The notes under the pieces are model-generated. The model searched no databases and was not told the origin of the DNA. It was given only the letters and a program-made list of their open reading frames with translations. This document shows, in pieces, positions 1-7,367 of a stretch of DNA of 40,134 nucleotides. The first letter of the stretch is position 1. Each line of letters starts with the position of its first letter. The position numbers were made by a program, and so were the translations under genes. The DNA comes from a virus, in UHGV virus genome UHGV-0384302; one strand, given 5' to 3'.

Positions 1-18
1 AAAACCGCATCCCTCCTC

Positions 19-552
19 ATGGAACGCATCATCAGGGACAACACGGACTGGCTCCCCGAACGTGCCGCCGCCTTCGCCCGGCAGGCCCATGAAGGACAGA
101 CCCGAAAATTCACGGGCGCCCCCTACTACACCCACGTGGAACGGGTGGCTGCTCTTGTCAGGGAGCGCACGGACAGGCTGGAACTCATCGCCGCTGCCTA
201 CCTCCACGACACGATGGAAGACTGCGGCGTCACCTATGAAACCCTCGCGCAGCACTTCGGCCATGCCGTCGCAAACATTGTCCACGCCCTCACCAATGAC
301 GATGCGCGGAAAAAGCAACAGGGAAAAGTACGCTACATGATCGACAAACTCACTGCCATGAACCCGGATGCCCTCCTGGTCAAACTCTGCGACATCCTCA
401 ACAACATTTCGGAAACCCAGTCCGCCAATCAGGCTCGCAACTACATCCTCATCATGGACGGCCTTCTCTCCAACCCTCCCCCTGTCTGGAACAAAACACA
501 CGCGGATATTGCCGCGCAAATCCTCACAGTCTACCAGAAAAACTGGTCATAG
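19..552 (+). CDS. Mesh1/SpoT-like HD-domain small alarmone hydrolase ((p)ppGpp/(pp)pApp hydrolase-like). The reading frame is open to base 1, so the 5' end could lie upstream of the window.
   Basis: Translation shows the RelA/SpoT HD-hydrolase signature: AAAFARQAHEGQTRKFTGAPYYTHVERVA...LIAAAYLHDTMEDCGVTYETLAQHFGHAVANIVHALTND...LLVKLCDILNNI. It aligns motif-for-motif with metazoan Mesh1 and bacterial SAH (H...HD...D metal ligands present). Size of 177 aa is typical of stand-alone SAH. Confidence 0.8.
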   Translation: MERIIRDNTDWLPERAAAFARQAHEGQTRKFTGAPYYTHVERVAALVRERTDRLELIAAAYLHDTMEDCGVTYETLAQHFGHAVANIVHALTNDDARKKQQGKVRYMIDKLTAMNPDALLVKLCDILNNISETQSANQARNYILIMDGLLSNPPPVWNKTHADIAAQILTVYQKNWS

Positions 553-612
553 GAAATTTTTCATTATATGCCGTCCAGAGATTGGAGGAGAAAATTATTA
601 GCGTAGTATAAA

Positions 613-1062
613 ATGGCAACAAAAAACGAGGATAAATTACCATCTGTATTTTTTGCTGATGCGAAGGATTCTTTTTTTGACAGTAAAAAAGTTATGCCTG
701 TTTTGAAAGATTCTTCGGAAGATCGAAGTAAACGGCAGAAAGAGAATATAGGAAAGGTATTATCAGGAGACCAAATTAAGCGGTATCATAGTACGGTCTC
801 TGAAAAAAAAGGAAACGTGTGTGGACCTGTCATTCAATACTGTTTAATATGGGCCGCTGTTGCAATAGCCGGAGGTTATGGAGTATTCCTCATTTCTAAA
901 GATGCTTGGTTCCATTTCCCTGTTGTTCTTTTATGGAGCCTATGGGTAGGCATAGGTGAGATTGTTTTTCTAACGGAGTTTGAAAAACAACACGGAAAAA
1001 TTGCCCTTTGGCTTTTTACAATTCAAATAACTGCTCTTCTATTGTGGGGGATATTAAGCTGA
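613..1062 (+). CDS. Small membrane protein (three predicted TM helices in the C-terminal half); AT-rich moron
   Basis: 149-aa ORF in a locally AT-rich island (about 560-1070) that contrasts with the high-GC flanks. Hydrophobic stretches: CGPVIQYCLIWAAVAIAGGYGVFLI, HFPVVLLWSLWVGIGEIVFL, IALWLFTIQITALLLWGIL. Confidence 0.5.
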   Translation: MATKNEDKLPSVFFADAKDSFFDSKKVMPVLKDSSEDRSKRQKENIGKVLSGDQIKRYHSTVSEKKGNVCGPVIQYCLIWAAVAIAGGYGVFLISKDAWFHFPVVLLWSLWVGIGEIVFLTEFEKQHGKIALWLFTIQITALLLWGILS

Positions 1063-1069
1063 AAAAATC

Positions 1070-1888
1070 TTAGATCCTACTCCAATTCGTTAGGGTTGTT
1101 ACATAGATGCCCGATATACGTCCTCCATCCATTGGTACAATGTCTTTGTACTCCGGATTGATCGGCTTGAGAACATATTCCAGCTTGCCGGTTTCCGGAT
1201 TTTTACGGCGTCCCAGTTTTTTGAGAGTGACGCCTCGTTCGTCATTGTACTCCACGATTGTTCCTACTTTGGGAATGGGGGGAACGGTATATTTCTTCAC
1301 CACGATAAGAGAACCGTCCATGATTTTAGGCTCCATGGATTTCCCGTTGACCCGCAACACGTATTCTCCTTTTCCGAGCGGCCTGTCTGTACGGATCATA
1401 AAAGGTATCGTATCTCCTTCCTCTAAGTTGCCGGCCGCAATATTGCCGATGACCTCCGCCTCTTGAGCAGGCACAGGATTTTTCAGATAGAAATAGCTCT
1501 GACCGCTTTCCTCTTTCTCTCTAAGGTCGATTTGGGGTCGGTCGGCACACCATTTTACGGTTAGAGAGCAGTACTCGGAAAGTTTCATTCCACGGCGGTA
1601 AGCTTCCTGTTCGGCTTTTTGAAGGGTAGTCATGTCCATTTCCACCGGAAGACGAAACTTTGTGTCCGTTTCAGCTTTATGAAGGTATTCGGGGCCGTAC
1701 TCCTTCTTTCCTGTAGTCTTGAAAATGAGAGTTTGAATAGTCAATTGAGCCTTAAAAGGAACCCCCCGATCTGACGACAACCATGTATCCACCGTTGCCT
1801 TACTGACACCACACTCCTTTGCAAGCCATGCCCGCTCAAGATTGTTCTCCCTCATCCAGTTTTTAATCTCATCTTTAGTTACCCTCAT
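1070..1888 (-). CDS. CI/LexA-like phage repressor: N-terminal HTH plus C-terminal S24 (LexA/UmuD-type) autopeptidase domain
   Basis: N-terminus KDEIKNWMRENNLERAWLAKECGVSKATVDTWLS (HTH). C-terminus GDTIPFMIRTDRPLGKGEYVLRVNGKSMEPKIMDGSLIVVKK...VTLKKL carries the S24 Ser (GKSMEP) and Lys (LKKL) dyad pattern. Begins the minus-strand regulatory cluster that faces a plus-strand early operon. Confidence 0.75.
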   Translation of the reverse strand: MRVTKDEIKNWMRENNLERAWLAKECGVSKATVDTWLSSDRGVPFKAQLTIQTLIFKTTGKKEYGPEYLHKAETDTKFRLPVEMDMTTLQKAEQEAYRRGMKLSEYCSLTVKWCADRPQIDLREKEESGQSYFYLKNPVPAQEAEVIGNIAAGNLEEGDTIPFMIRTDRPLGKGEYVLRVNGKSMEPKIMDGSLIVVKKYTVPPIPKVGTIVEYNDERGVTLKKLGRRKNPETGKLEYVLKPINPEYKDIVPMDGGRISGIYVTTLTNWSRI

Positions 1889-1894
1889 GTCTTG

Positions 1895-1922
1895 ATATTA
1901 TGCGATTATTGCAAATTGTCAA
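1895..1922 (-). promoter_or_regulatory. Putative sigma70-type promoter giving a leaderless repressor mRNA
   Basis: On the minus strand: TTGACA (1922..1917), a 16-nt spacer, TAATAT (1900..1895), then ATG of the repressor 6 nt downstream (1888). The geometry resembles lambda PRM-type leaderless cI transcripts. Confidence 0.3.
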
Positions 1923-2044
1923 CACATAAATAAGACAACAGTTTGACGCTTCCGCAGAATCATCTTGACCACTATGTGCGGAAAGCGCAAATTGACCCCA
2001 TGCGGACAAAGCCATCACAGACCAGATTTCCCCGAAGCATCCTG

Positions 2045-2371
2045 CTATCCTCGGTATGGCATGGCAGTATGCAGATGCAACGTAGCGTCAAGCCATTCTT
2101 CCGTCGTCAACCCCCGTCTTGCCGCCTCAATCTGGATAAGCCGGTAACGCTCGTTGGAGACCCTGATATGGACGTCTGTTTCCCTGTATACTTTGGCGTA
2201 GTGGCTATCAATAAGGTTGTCCAGCAGCCGTTGCTTGTCAGCGGGGATGGGAACCGTAGACAGCCACTTGTCTATCATGCCCTTTTTGACAGCACAGCGA
2301 TGCGCCAGTTCTTCCCGAGTCATGCGGGTGTCTTTCAGAAATACCCTGATTTTAGCCTTGAGGTCATCCAT
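2045..2371 (-). CDS. Small DNA-binding regulator (N-terminal HTH paralogous to the repressor, C-terminal RHH-like segment). The ORF track starts at 2392; the start is moved to the Met that aligns with the two paralogues.
   Basis: MDDLKAKIRVFLKDTRMTREELAHRCAVKKGMIDKWLS aligns with the N-terminal domains of the 1070..1888 and 2551..2931 genes. C-terminus IRVSNERYRLIQIEAARRGLTTEEWL is ribbon-helix-helix-like. Confidence 0.5.
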   Translation of the reverse strand: MDDLKAKIRVFLKDTRMTREELAHRCAVKKGMIDKWLSTVPIPADKQRLLDNLIDSHYAKVYRETDVHIRVSNERYRLIQIEAARRGLTTEEWLDATLHLHTAMPYRG

Positions 2372-2550
2372 ACGTGCATTTTTCGCATACACGAAATCTT
2401 GGCAAGGCTTTTCTTGGGTATTTTCGCAAACAGGAAATATTTATTGACTTTTGTTAGAGATGGAGGAAAAAATGTTTTCGCAATCCAATAAAAAACCAAG
2501 TTATGAAGATAACAACCCAACACCACCATATACCTGGCTATGAAAGAGCC

Positions 2551-2931
2551 TTAGTCCGCGTCCTGTGTTTTGCGCGGAGATCGAGAGCCCTGTTCCCCTG
2601 CCATGTGAGCCACCTGCACCGCCCATTTGGCAATACCGTCCGCCGTAGGTTCAAATCCGCTTTGCGCAGCCCAGGCAGCAAATTGACCGTAGGTTTCAGC
2701 ATCCAGTTTCAGAACAAGATCCAAAGCTCCCCGGCATTCACCAGTCACATCTGGAGAGGATGGTTCCATCAGCTTTTTGATTTTATCCAGCTTTATGTCA
2801 GGAATGGGACGATTGGCGGAAAGCCAGTTGTCTACCTGCCTTTTGCTTACAAAGCATTGTTTGGCAAGCCAAGCACGATCCTTCCCGGTTTCTCTTAACC
2901 ATTCCTTAATATCCTCTTTAGAAGGTTTCAT
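2551..2931 (-). CDS. HTH DNA-binding regulator, paralogue of the repressor N-terminal domain. The ORF track starts at 2967; the start is moved to the Met matching the repressor N-terminus.
   Basis: MKPSKEDIKEWLRETGKDRAWLAKQCFVSKRQVDNWLS versus repressor MRVTKDEIKNWMRENNLERAWLAKECGVSKATVDTWLS. The upstream extension MIEYSLCCIYQD of the track ORF has no counterpart in the paralogue. Confidence 0.55.
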   Translation of the reverse strand: MKPSKEDIKEWLRETGKDRAWLAKQCFVSKRQVDNWLSANRPIPDIKLDKIKKLMEPSSPDVTGECRGALDLVLKLDAETYGQFAAWAAQSGFEPTADGIAKWAVQVAHMAGEQGSRSPRKTQDAD

Positions 2932-3072
2932 GTCCTGATAAATACAGCATAGAGAGTATTCTATCAAGACTTAACTGTCCATATTCAGCTAAAAGTGCAT
3001 TTTGTGTTGACATAATACAGCGCAAAGAGTAATTCTGAAAACATCAGCGAGGAATACCACCCCATTACAGCC

Positions 3073-3255
3073 ATGATCGAAATCAAAATCCCCATCGAAA
3101 AAATTGCCGAAGACAAGGCGGCAAGCAAAGCACTCATCCAAGAGTGCGTTGAATCCGGGAAGGCTCCGGAAGACGCCTTCCTTGACATTCTCAAAAGGCG
3201 CGGGCTTCCCCAAGCCCGGAAGAAGAACCCCCAACCCAAGAAGCCCGCGGCCTAA
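3073..3255 (+). CDS. Hypothetical small basic protein, first gene of the plus-strand early operon
   Basis: 60-aa ORF beginning just after the divergent regulatory gap (2932-3072). Lys/Pro-rich C-terminus. No recognisable domain. Confidence 0.35.
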   Translation: MIEIKIPIEKIAEDKAASKALIQECVESGKAPEDAFLDILKRRGLPQARKKNPQPKKPAA

Positions 3256-3322
3256 TGGATGACGCCCTGATTGAAGAATTTATCCGGCTCGGCTGGCACA
3301 AGCTTTAAACCATTATCAACCA

Positions 3323-3577
3323 ATGTCTAAACGATTACAAATCACTGATCGGAGAGAATGGTACTGCCCCAAGGATATTGAGGATGTGTACGGCATCTCC
3401 CGCGAATCCCTGCGGCGGATCATGGAGGATGCGAAAGAGCAAGACATGCCCATCAAAACAGCAGTCCTCAAGTTCCGCAATGGCTCTACGACTACCCGCA
3501 AACGCCCGTTCGTCAGGATACAGAAGAAGAGCCTGGAAGCGTACTTGGAAGCCCACCCCGGAGAAATTGAAGTATGA
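3323..3577 (+). CDS. AlpA/excisionase-family (MerR-like) HTH protein
   Basis: YGISRESLRRIMEDAKEQDMPIKTAVLKFRNG...RPFVRIQKKSLEAYL matches the AlpA/Xis pattern (helix, then a 'kind of W/Y...dV..Wl' tail). Confidence 0.5.
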   Translation: MSKRLQITDRREWYCPKDIEDVYGISRESLRRIMEDAKEQDMPIKTAVLKFRNGSTTTRKRPFVRIQKKSLEAYLEAHPGEIEV

Positions 3578-3683
3578 AGATTTTCTCCCGACTTTCTCGC
3601 TCCACAAGCTTTTGACGGTTTACCAAAACCGTCCCGCCCCTCACGGTTCGAGGGATAAAACCAATAGAAAAATACATAATACA

Positions 3684-3944
3684 ATGAACACAAGTAATAT
3701 TGATACTGCATTAGACCCAATTCAAGCAAAGCCCTTTGATACGGGCGACAGGGTGATGTTAAATTCCCAGCTTATCATCACCATGCCTAATCGCGGCAGA
3801 ACTTATCGTTTTTTCCCAGAGGACGAATTTGTTGTGGTACGGCGCAAGGACGAGAGAAATTTCTATGTCGCCTTCATTAAGGCTCCCTGGTTGGGCGTTT
3901 TTGAACTGGATGACGAAGCCTTCACCTTGGCTGATGAAGACTGA
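3684..3944 (+). CDS. Hypothetical protein. The 3378 start in the track reads an alternate frame of the upstream gene, so the start is moved to the internal ATG.
   Basis: MNTSNIDTALDPIQAKPFDTGDRVMLNSQLIITMPNRGRTYRFFPEDEFVVVRRKDERNFYVAFIKAPWLGVFELDDEAFTLADED. The coding-like part starts at the ATG at 3684. Confidence 0.4.
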   Translation: MNTSNIDTALDPIQAKPFDTGDRVMLNSQLIITMPNRGRTYRFFPEDEFVVVRRKDERNFYVAFIKAPWLGVFELDDEAFTLADED

Positions 3945-4014
3945 TATTCCTTCGCGCCCCCATCCGGGACGCGTCGATTGAACCTGATAAATAAAATAAA
4001 ATAGTAACAGTTAA

Positions 4015-4737
4015 TTGATAATAAAAAATAATAGAAAAAATACGATTATGATCGCTACGAATACGACTACAGCACTACTGACAAATGCAGAACCCCTCTC
4101 CCGCGGCAACGGGAAAGGGGCCTATGTTGTGAATAATGGCAAGACTGCGAATCCTATCATTGCTCACAGCCCAGTAAGTACGACAGACAGGAAGTCCTGT
4201 CAACCGGCAAAGGCTGCCAAGACAGCCAAGAAGCCTGCCGCCCCCAGGAAGAAACGGTACTATGAAGAGGATTTGATAGCCTTCGGAAAGAATGCTTGCA
4301 TGCTCCGGGGTGCTGCAGAAGCCATTCTGGACATGTTCCACGCCTTGTTCTATGCCGATGACGACCAGGAAGAGATTGTCAATGGCGTGAAAGAAGCCTT
4401 CGAGGATGCTGCCATCCTTCTGGAAAATGCGGCGAATGTGTTTGAAGAGGGTATCCCTCTCAAGGTTTTAGACAAGAGGCGGAAGACTTTCTTTGCGCTG
4501 ACGGAAATTGACGATGGCGATATGAGCGCCCTTGCTGCGTTCACAGCCATCAATAGCGGCGGTATACGATGGGATGAAGGAAAGGTTTGCATGGCGCAGA
4601 CCCGTTATCTCATGGCTACGGAACTGCTCGGCCGCGCTCTGGAAAGCGCCAAGAAGTCCTTCTACCTTGCCGAAGACGCAACCTCCAAGCCTGCTCTTGC
4701 CGCAACGCTTGCTTCCATGAAAGGAGGGGTGAAGTAA
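4015..4737 (+). CDS. Hypothetical protein (alternative start at 4048)
   Basis: 240-aa ORF after an AT-rich gap (3945-4014). Basic Lys/Ala/Pro-rich segment followed by an acidic helical domain. Its stop overlaps the next start (TAATG). Confidence 0.45.
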   Translation: MIIKNNRKNTIMIATNTTTALLTNAEPLSRGNGKGAYVVNNGKTANPIIAHSPVSTTDRKSCQPAKAAKTAKKPAAPRKKRYYEEDLIAFGKNACMLRGAAEAILDMFHALFYADDDQEEIVNGVKEAFEDAAILLENAANVFEEGIPLKVLDKRRKTFFALTEIDDGDMSALAAFTAINSGGIRWDEGKVCMAQTRYLMATELLGRALESAKKSFYLAEDATSKPALAATLASMKGGVK

Positions 4738-4913
4738 TGAAGGTGAGACGACAAAAAATCACCATTGACCTTGCCCCCGGCATCCTTGGAATCTTGAAAG
4801 CGAAGGCTGCCAAGGCGGGGAAACCCCCGGAAGAGTTCATTTCCGACATTCTCACCAAGGGCGTACACCTGGCATTGGAAGAAGCATTGATCGGGAAAGG
4901 AGGACCTAGGTAA
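4737..4913 (+). CDS. Ribbon-helix-helix (CopG/Arc-like) DNA-binding protein
   Basis: MKVRRQKITIDLAPGILGILKAKAAKAGKPPEEFISDILTKGVHLALEEAL shows the beta-strand then two-helix RHH pattern. The start overlaps the upstream stop (TAATG). Confidence 0.5.
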   Translation: MKVRRQKITIDLAPGILGILKAKAAKAGKPPEEFISDILTKGVHLALEEALIGKGGPR

Positions 4914-5173
4914 TGAAGATTGTTACCCTGAAAATCCCCATCTCTCAATCCATGTATGATACCGCTACGTTTGCGGTAGAAAATGGATCTGCCAGAAGCG
5001 AAGAAGAATATCTGTCCAGCGTTGCACTCAAAGGTCTGTTCTCTGAATTTTATGAAGATAGGCAACTCAACCTGGACTTAAAAGGCTATTTGGATGAAGC
5101 GGTTAAAAACCTCTACACCAGGGAAATCGCCAGAAAACGTCGGCAACACTCTAAAAGAAGGAGGGCTCAATGA
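4913..5173 (+). CDS. Second small RHH-like protein
   Basis: MKIVTLKIPISQSMYDTATFAVENGSARSEEEYLSSVALKGL..., translationally coupled (TAATGA) to the neighbouring genes. Basic tail. Confidence 0.4.
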   Translation: MKIVTLKIPISQSMYDTATFAVENGSARSEEEYLSSVALKGLFSEFYEDRQLNLDLKGYLDEAVKNLYTREIARKRRQHSKRRRAQ

Positions 5174-5664
5174 TTGGTCTCCGTACTTTCAAGGACGTTC
5201 ACGGGAATAATCTCATTGAGCACCCGTTCATTCAATTCCCTCCCCAGCATCTGGGAAAAGCTGATACTCCGCCAGAGGGGTGGATAGCCACCCGTGACTT
5301 GAGCAAACAACTGGGATGCTCTCCGGCTTCCGTCCGGCTTGCCTTGCACAACAGGTACGCCCGATATGTCCATGTCCGGAAAGGGGGGCTTTACTGGCAT
5401 CATGAGGACGTGGGTAGGTTCCTGGATGATTACGCGCCGGAAACCAAGCGGATTCCTGCCGGGTTTGTCTGCATCACAGATGCCTGTCGCTTGCTTGGAA
5501 CCGTTCGCAGCTACATCTACAGGCTTGCCAAGAGAGGCAGGGTCCAGGAGTTCAAATGTCGCATGAGGACCGCCCGCGGGTGCCGCCTCCGGTGTTTTTA
5601 CAAACGAAGCGACCTCGAACGCATTCTGTCTGGAAAGGCAGAAAAGGAAAGGAGGACCGCATGA
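5170..5664 (+). CDS. Protein with two tandem excisionase/AlpA-type HTH motifs
   Basis: ...ASVRLALHNRYARYVHVRKGGLYWHHEDVGRFL... and ...ACRLLGTVRSYIYRLAKRGRVQEFKCRMR...CFYKRSDLERIL both follow the Xis/AlpA 'HTH then W/Y...dV/dL' pattern. Confidence 0.45.
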   Translation: MIGLRTFKDVHGNNLIEHPFIQFPPQHLGKADTPPEGWIATRDLSKQLGCSPASVRLALHNRYARYVHVRKGGLYWHHEDVGRFLDDYAPETKRIPAGFVCITDACRLLGTVRSYIYRLAKRGRVQEFKCRMRTARGCRLRCFYKRSDLERILSGKAEKERRTA

Positions 5665-5894
5665 CACCTCAACAGGAAACAGACGTTCTTCTGGAAGTTT
5701 ATGAAAAGCTTTTCTTACAGGAAAGCAATCTGGTCAAACTTCTTGAAAACCATTCGGGCGACCTTGTTGAACGAGACCGGATAAGGTCCATCATGCGGAG
5801 GCTGAAACGGCTACGTGGTGATACCTACGGCTTGGTCACGCAGAGGTGGCTTAATGCAAAACTTCATGGAAAGGAGGCTAGTAATGACGCCTGA
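5661..5894 (+). CDS. Hypothetical protein (start moved to the ATG overlapping the upstream stop)
   Basis: MTPQQETDVLLEVYEKLFLQESNLVKLLENHSGDLVERDRIRSIMRRLKRLRGDTYGLVTQRWLNAKLHGKEASNDA. ATGA overlap with the previous gene. Confidence 0.4.
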   Translation: MTPQQETDVLLEVYEKLFLQESNLVKLLENHSGDLVERDRIRSIMRRLKRLRGDTYGLVTQRWLNAKLHGKEASNDA

Positions 5895-6186
5895 CGGTTT
5901 TAGTTCTCGCCCCGTATGGGACGGCGAAGAATGGAGACGGTTGGATTTTGGCGATCTCACGCCAAGACAGGAAGAACACCGCTGCATTCAGGAGCTTTGC
6001 AACATCAAGGGAGAACTGGGGCGTACAGGCCGCTACGGCGTGTATTTTGACCTCACAGGCCCGGAGATAGAGTTTTGGGTAGAAGAGTTCGGCAAGCCGG
6101 ACTTCCTGCTCCACATCAAACACCAGGACGCCAGCACGGTGCTGGATTACGTCCGCGAGAGGTGTGAACAATTAAAACTGACTTAA
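5884..6186 (+). CDS. Hypothetical protein (start at the ATG preceded by an AAGGAGG Shine-Dalgarno)
   Basis: MTPDGFSSRPVWDGEEWRRLDFGDLTPRQEEHRCIQELCNIKGELGRTGRYGVYFDLTGPEIEFWVEEFGKPDFLLHIKHQDASTVLDYVRERCEQLKLT, with ggaaaGGAGGctagtaATG upstream. Confidence 0.45.
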   Translation: MTPDGFSSRPVWDGEEWRRLDFGDLTPRQEEHRCIQELCNIKGELGRTGRYGVYFDLTGPEIEFWVEEFGKPDFLLHIKHQDASTVLDYVRERCEQLKLT

Positions 6187-6189
6187 ACC

Positions 6190-6576
6190 ATGGATTATAT
6201 TAAACAAGTTGTGTTACTTGCCGAAACGGTAGGAATAACTGAAGAAGAATTAGATGCTATTGTTTCTCATTTTCTTATAGACTCTTCTTCCCAACTAACA
6301 CAAAAATCTGCTGAGGTTATATATAAAAATCCGGATCCATATTTTAACTGGGTTTTGTATGGACTCCGTTCACGAGAACCTTCGTGTTCATGGGATCATG
6401 CAATACAATTTTTGGACAAACTAAGTGCAGGAATAATTGTCGAGGTGGTTCGATGTTCTGAATGTGTTTACGGACGAAGACAATCTTCCGATAAAATGTT
6501 TAGAGCATGTTCTTTAATCGACAGATGGGAAAGACCAAATCACTTCTGCGCTAAAGGAAAAATTGAAGATAAATAA
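6190..6576 (+). CDS. AT-rich moron: small Cys/His-rich protein (possible zinc ribbon)
   Basis: 128-aa ORF in a visibly AT-rich segment (about 6180-6600) inside the high-GC early operon. Contains C-x2-C...H...C spacing: SWDHAIQF...RCSECVYG...RACSLIDRWERPNHFC. Confidence 0.45.
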   Translation: MDYIKQVVLLAETVGITEEELDAIVSHFLIDSSSQLTQKSAEVIYKNPDPYFNWVLYGLRSREPSCSWDHAIQFLDKLSAGIIVEVVRCSECVYGRRQSSDKMFRACSLIDRWERPNHFCAKGKIEDK

Positions 6577-6579
6577 AAT

Positions 6580-7347
6580 ATGGAATATATTAACGTTCCA
6601 TTATATGTTGCCCGCTCCAGTGAGTATGTCGGCGCCGAACCTGTTCAACGAGCCACTTGGTTTTCACTGATGGCTTGGTCTTGCGACCAGGAAAACATGG
6701 GGCGTATTACCGGGGCCCGGTACTGGGGAGATCGTCGCTGGATGCAGACATGCGGAGTCATGGCTTCCGAAGTGGCGGAGTCCTGCGGTCTTTTCCATTG
6801 GGATGGAGATGATTTAATTGTCACCTTCTACCCGGAAGATGCCCAGCGAGAGATTGAGCGTAAAAGAGAAATCGCGCGTGTCAATGGGCGGAAGGGAGGC
6901 CGGAAACCAACCTCGGAACCTATACCGGAAACCAACGTAGGTTCCGACATAGGAAACCAACCTCGGATAGCAAATGACGCTCCGCCGGAAAGCGAAAAGA
7001 AAGGAAAAGAAAAGGAAAGAAAGGAAAGAGAAGTGGAAGAAAATAATCCATCCCCCTCTATCCCCCCTCCGTGCACTGTGGAAGAAGTCGAAGCCCATCT
7101 TCGGTCTGCGGCTTTTGCGGGCAGGGTGCGTTTAGTTCCTGACCAGATTCCGGATTGTGCAACGGCATATCTCGCCAAGCGGGACCTGACAGATTGGAAA
7201 CGCGGAGAAATCCCAATCACTGCGGTCAAATGGAAATCTGACGCCATCAATTTTGCCGTCAGTTACGCCTCCAATCATCCGCTACCCCCTGGAAACAGAG
7301 ATAGAGACCCATTCCCTGATAGCGCTGACCTTGGAAAACAATTCTAA
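6580..7347 (+). CDS. Replication initiator / helicase-loader-like protein (replisome-organiser-type N-terminus, K/E-rich linker)
   Basis: Sits immediately upstream of dnaB. N-terminus ...EPVQRATWFSLMAWSCDQENMGRITGA... resembles phage replisome-organiser N-domains. Central KKGKEKERKEREVEE low-complexity linker. Confidence 0.4.
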   Translation: MEYINVPLYVARSSEYVGAEPVQRATWFSLMAWSCDQENMGRITGARYWGDRRWMQTCGVMASEVAESCGLFHWDGDDLIVTFYPEDAQREIERKREIARVNGRKGGRKPTSEPIPETNVGSDIGNQPRIANDAPPESEKKGKEKERKEREVEENNPSPSIPPPCTVEEVEAHLRSAAFAGRVRLVPDQIPDCATAYLAKRDLTDWKRGEIPITAVKWKSDAINFAVSYASNHPLPPGNRDRDPFPDSADLGKQF

Positions 7348-7367
7348 CAACAAACATTCAATATTTT

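Noticed and set aside
62-601. Overlapping alternative-frame ORFs 62..340 and 368..601 inside or after the HD hydrolase gene
   Set aside because: Pro/Ser/Thr/Arg-rich nonsense translations in the +1/+2 frames of a well-supported gene.
1943-2491. 182-aa plus-strand ORF spanning the regulatory gap and antisense to the 2045..2371 regulator
   Set aside because: It overlaps a motif-supported minus-strand gene and two intergenic promoter regions. Its translation is low-complexity.
6996-7046. Purine-rich (GAAA/GGAAA-like) simple repeat
   Set aside because: It lies in-frame inside the replication-initiator-like gene and encodes its K/E-rich linker (KKGKEKERKEREVEE). It is most simply a coding low-complexity tract rather than a regulatory repeat or iteron array.
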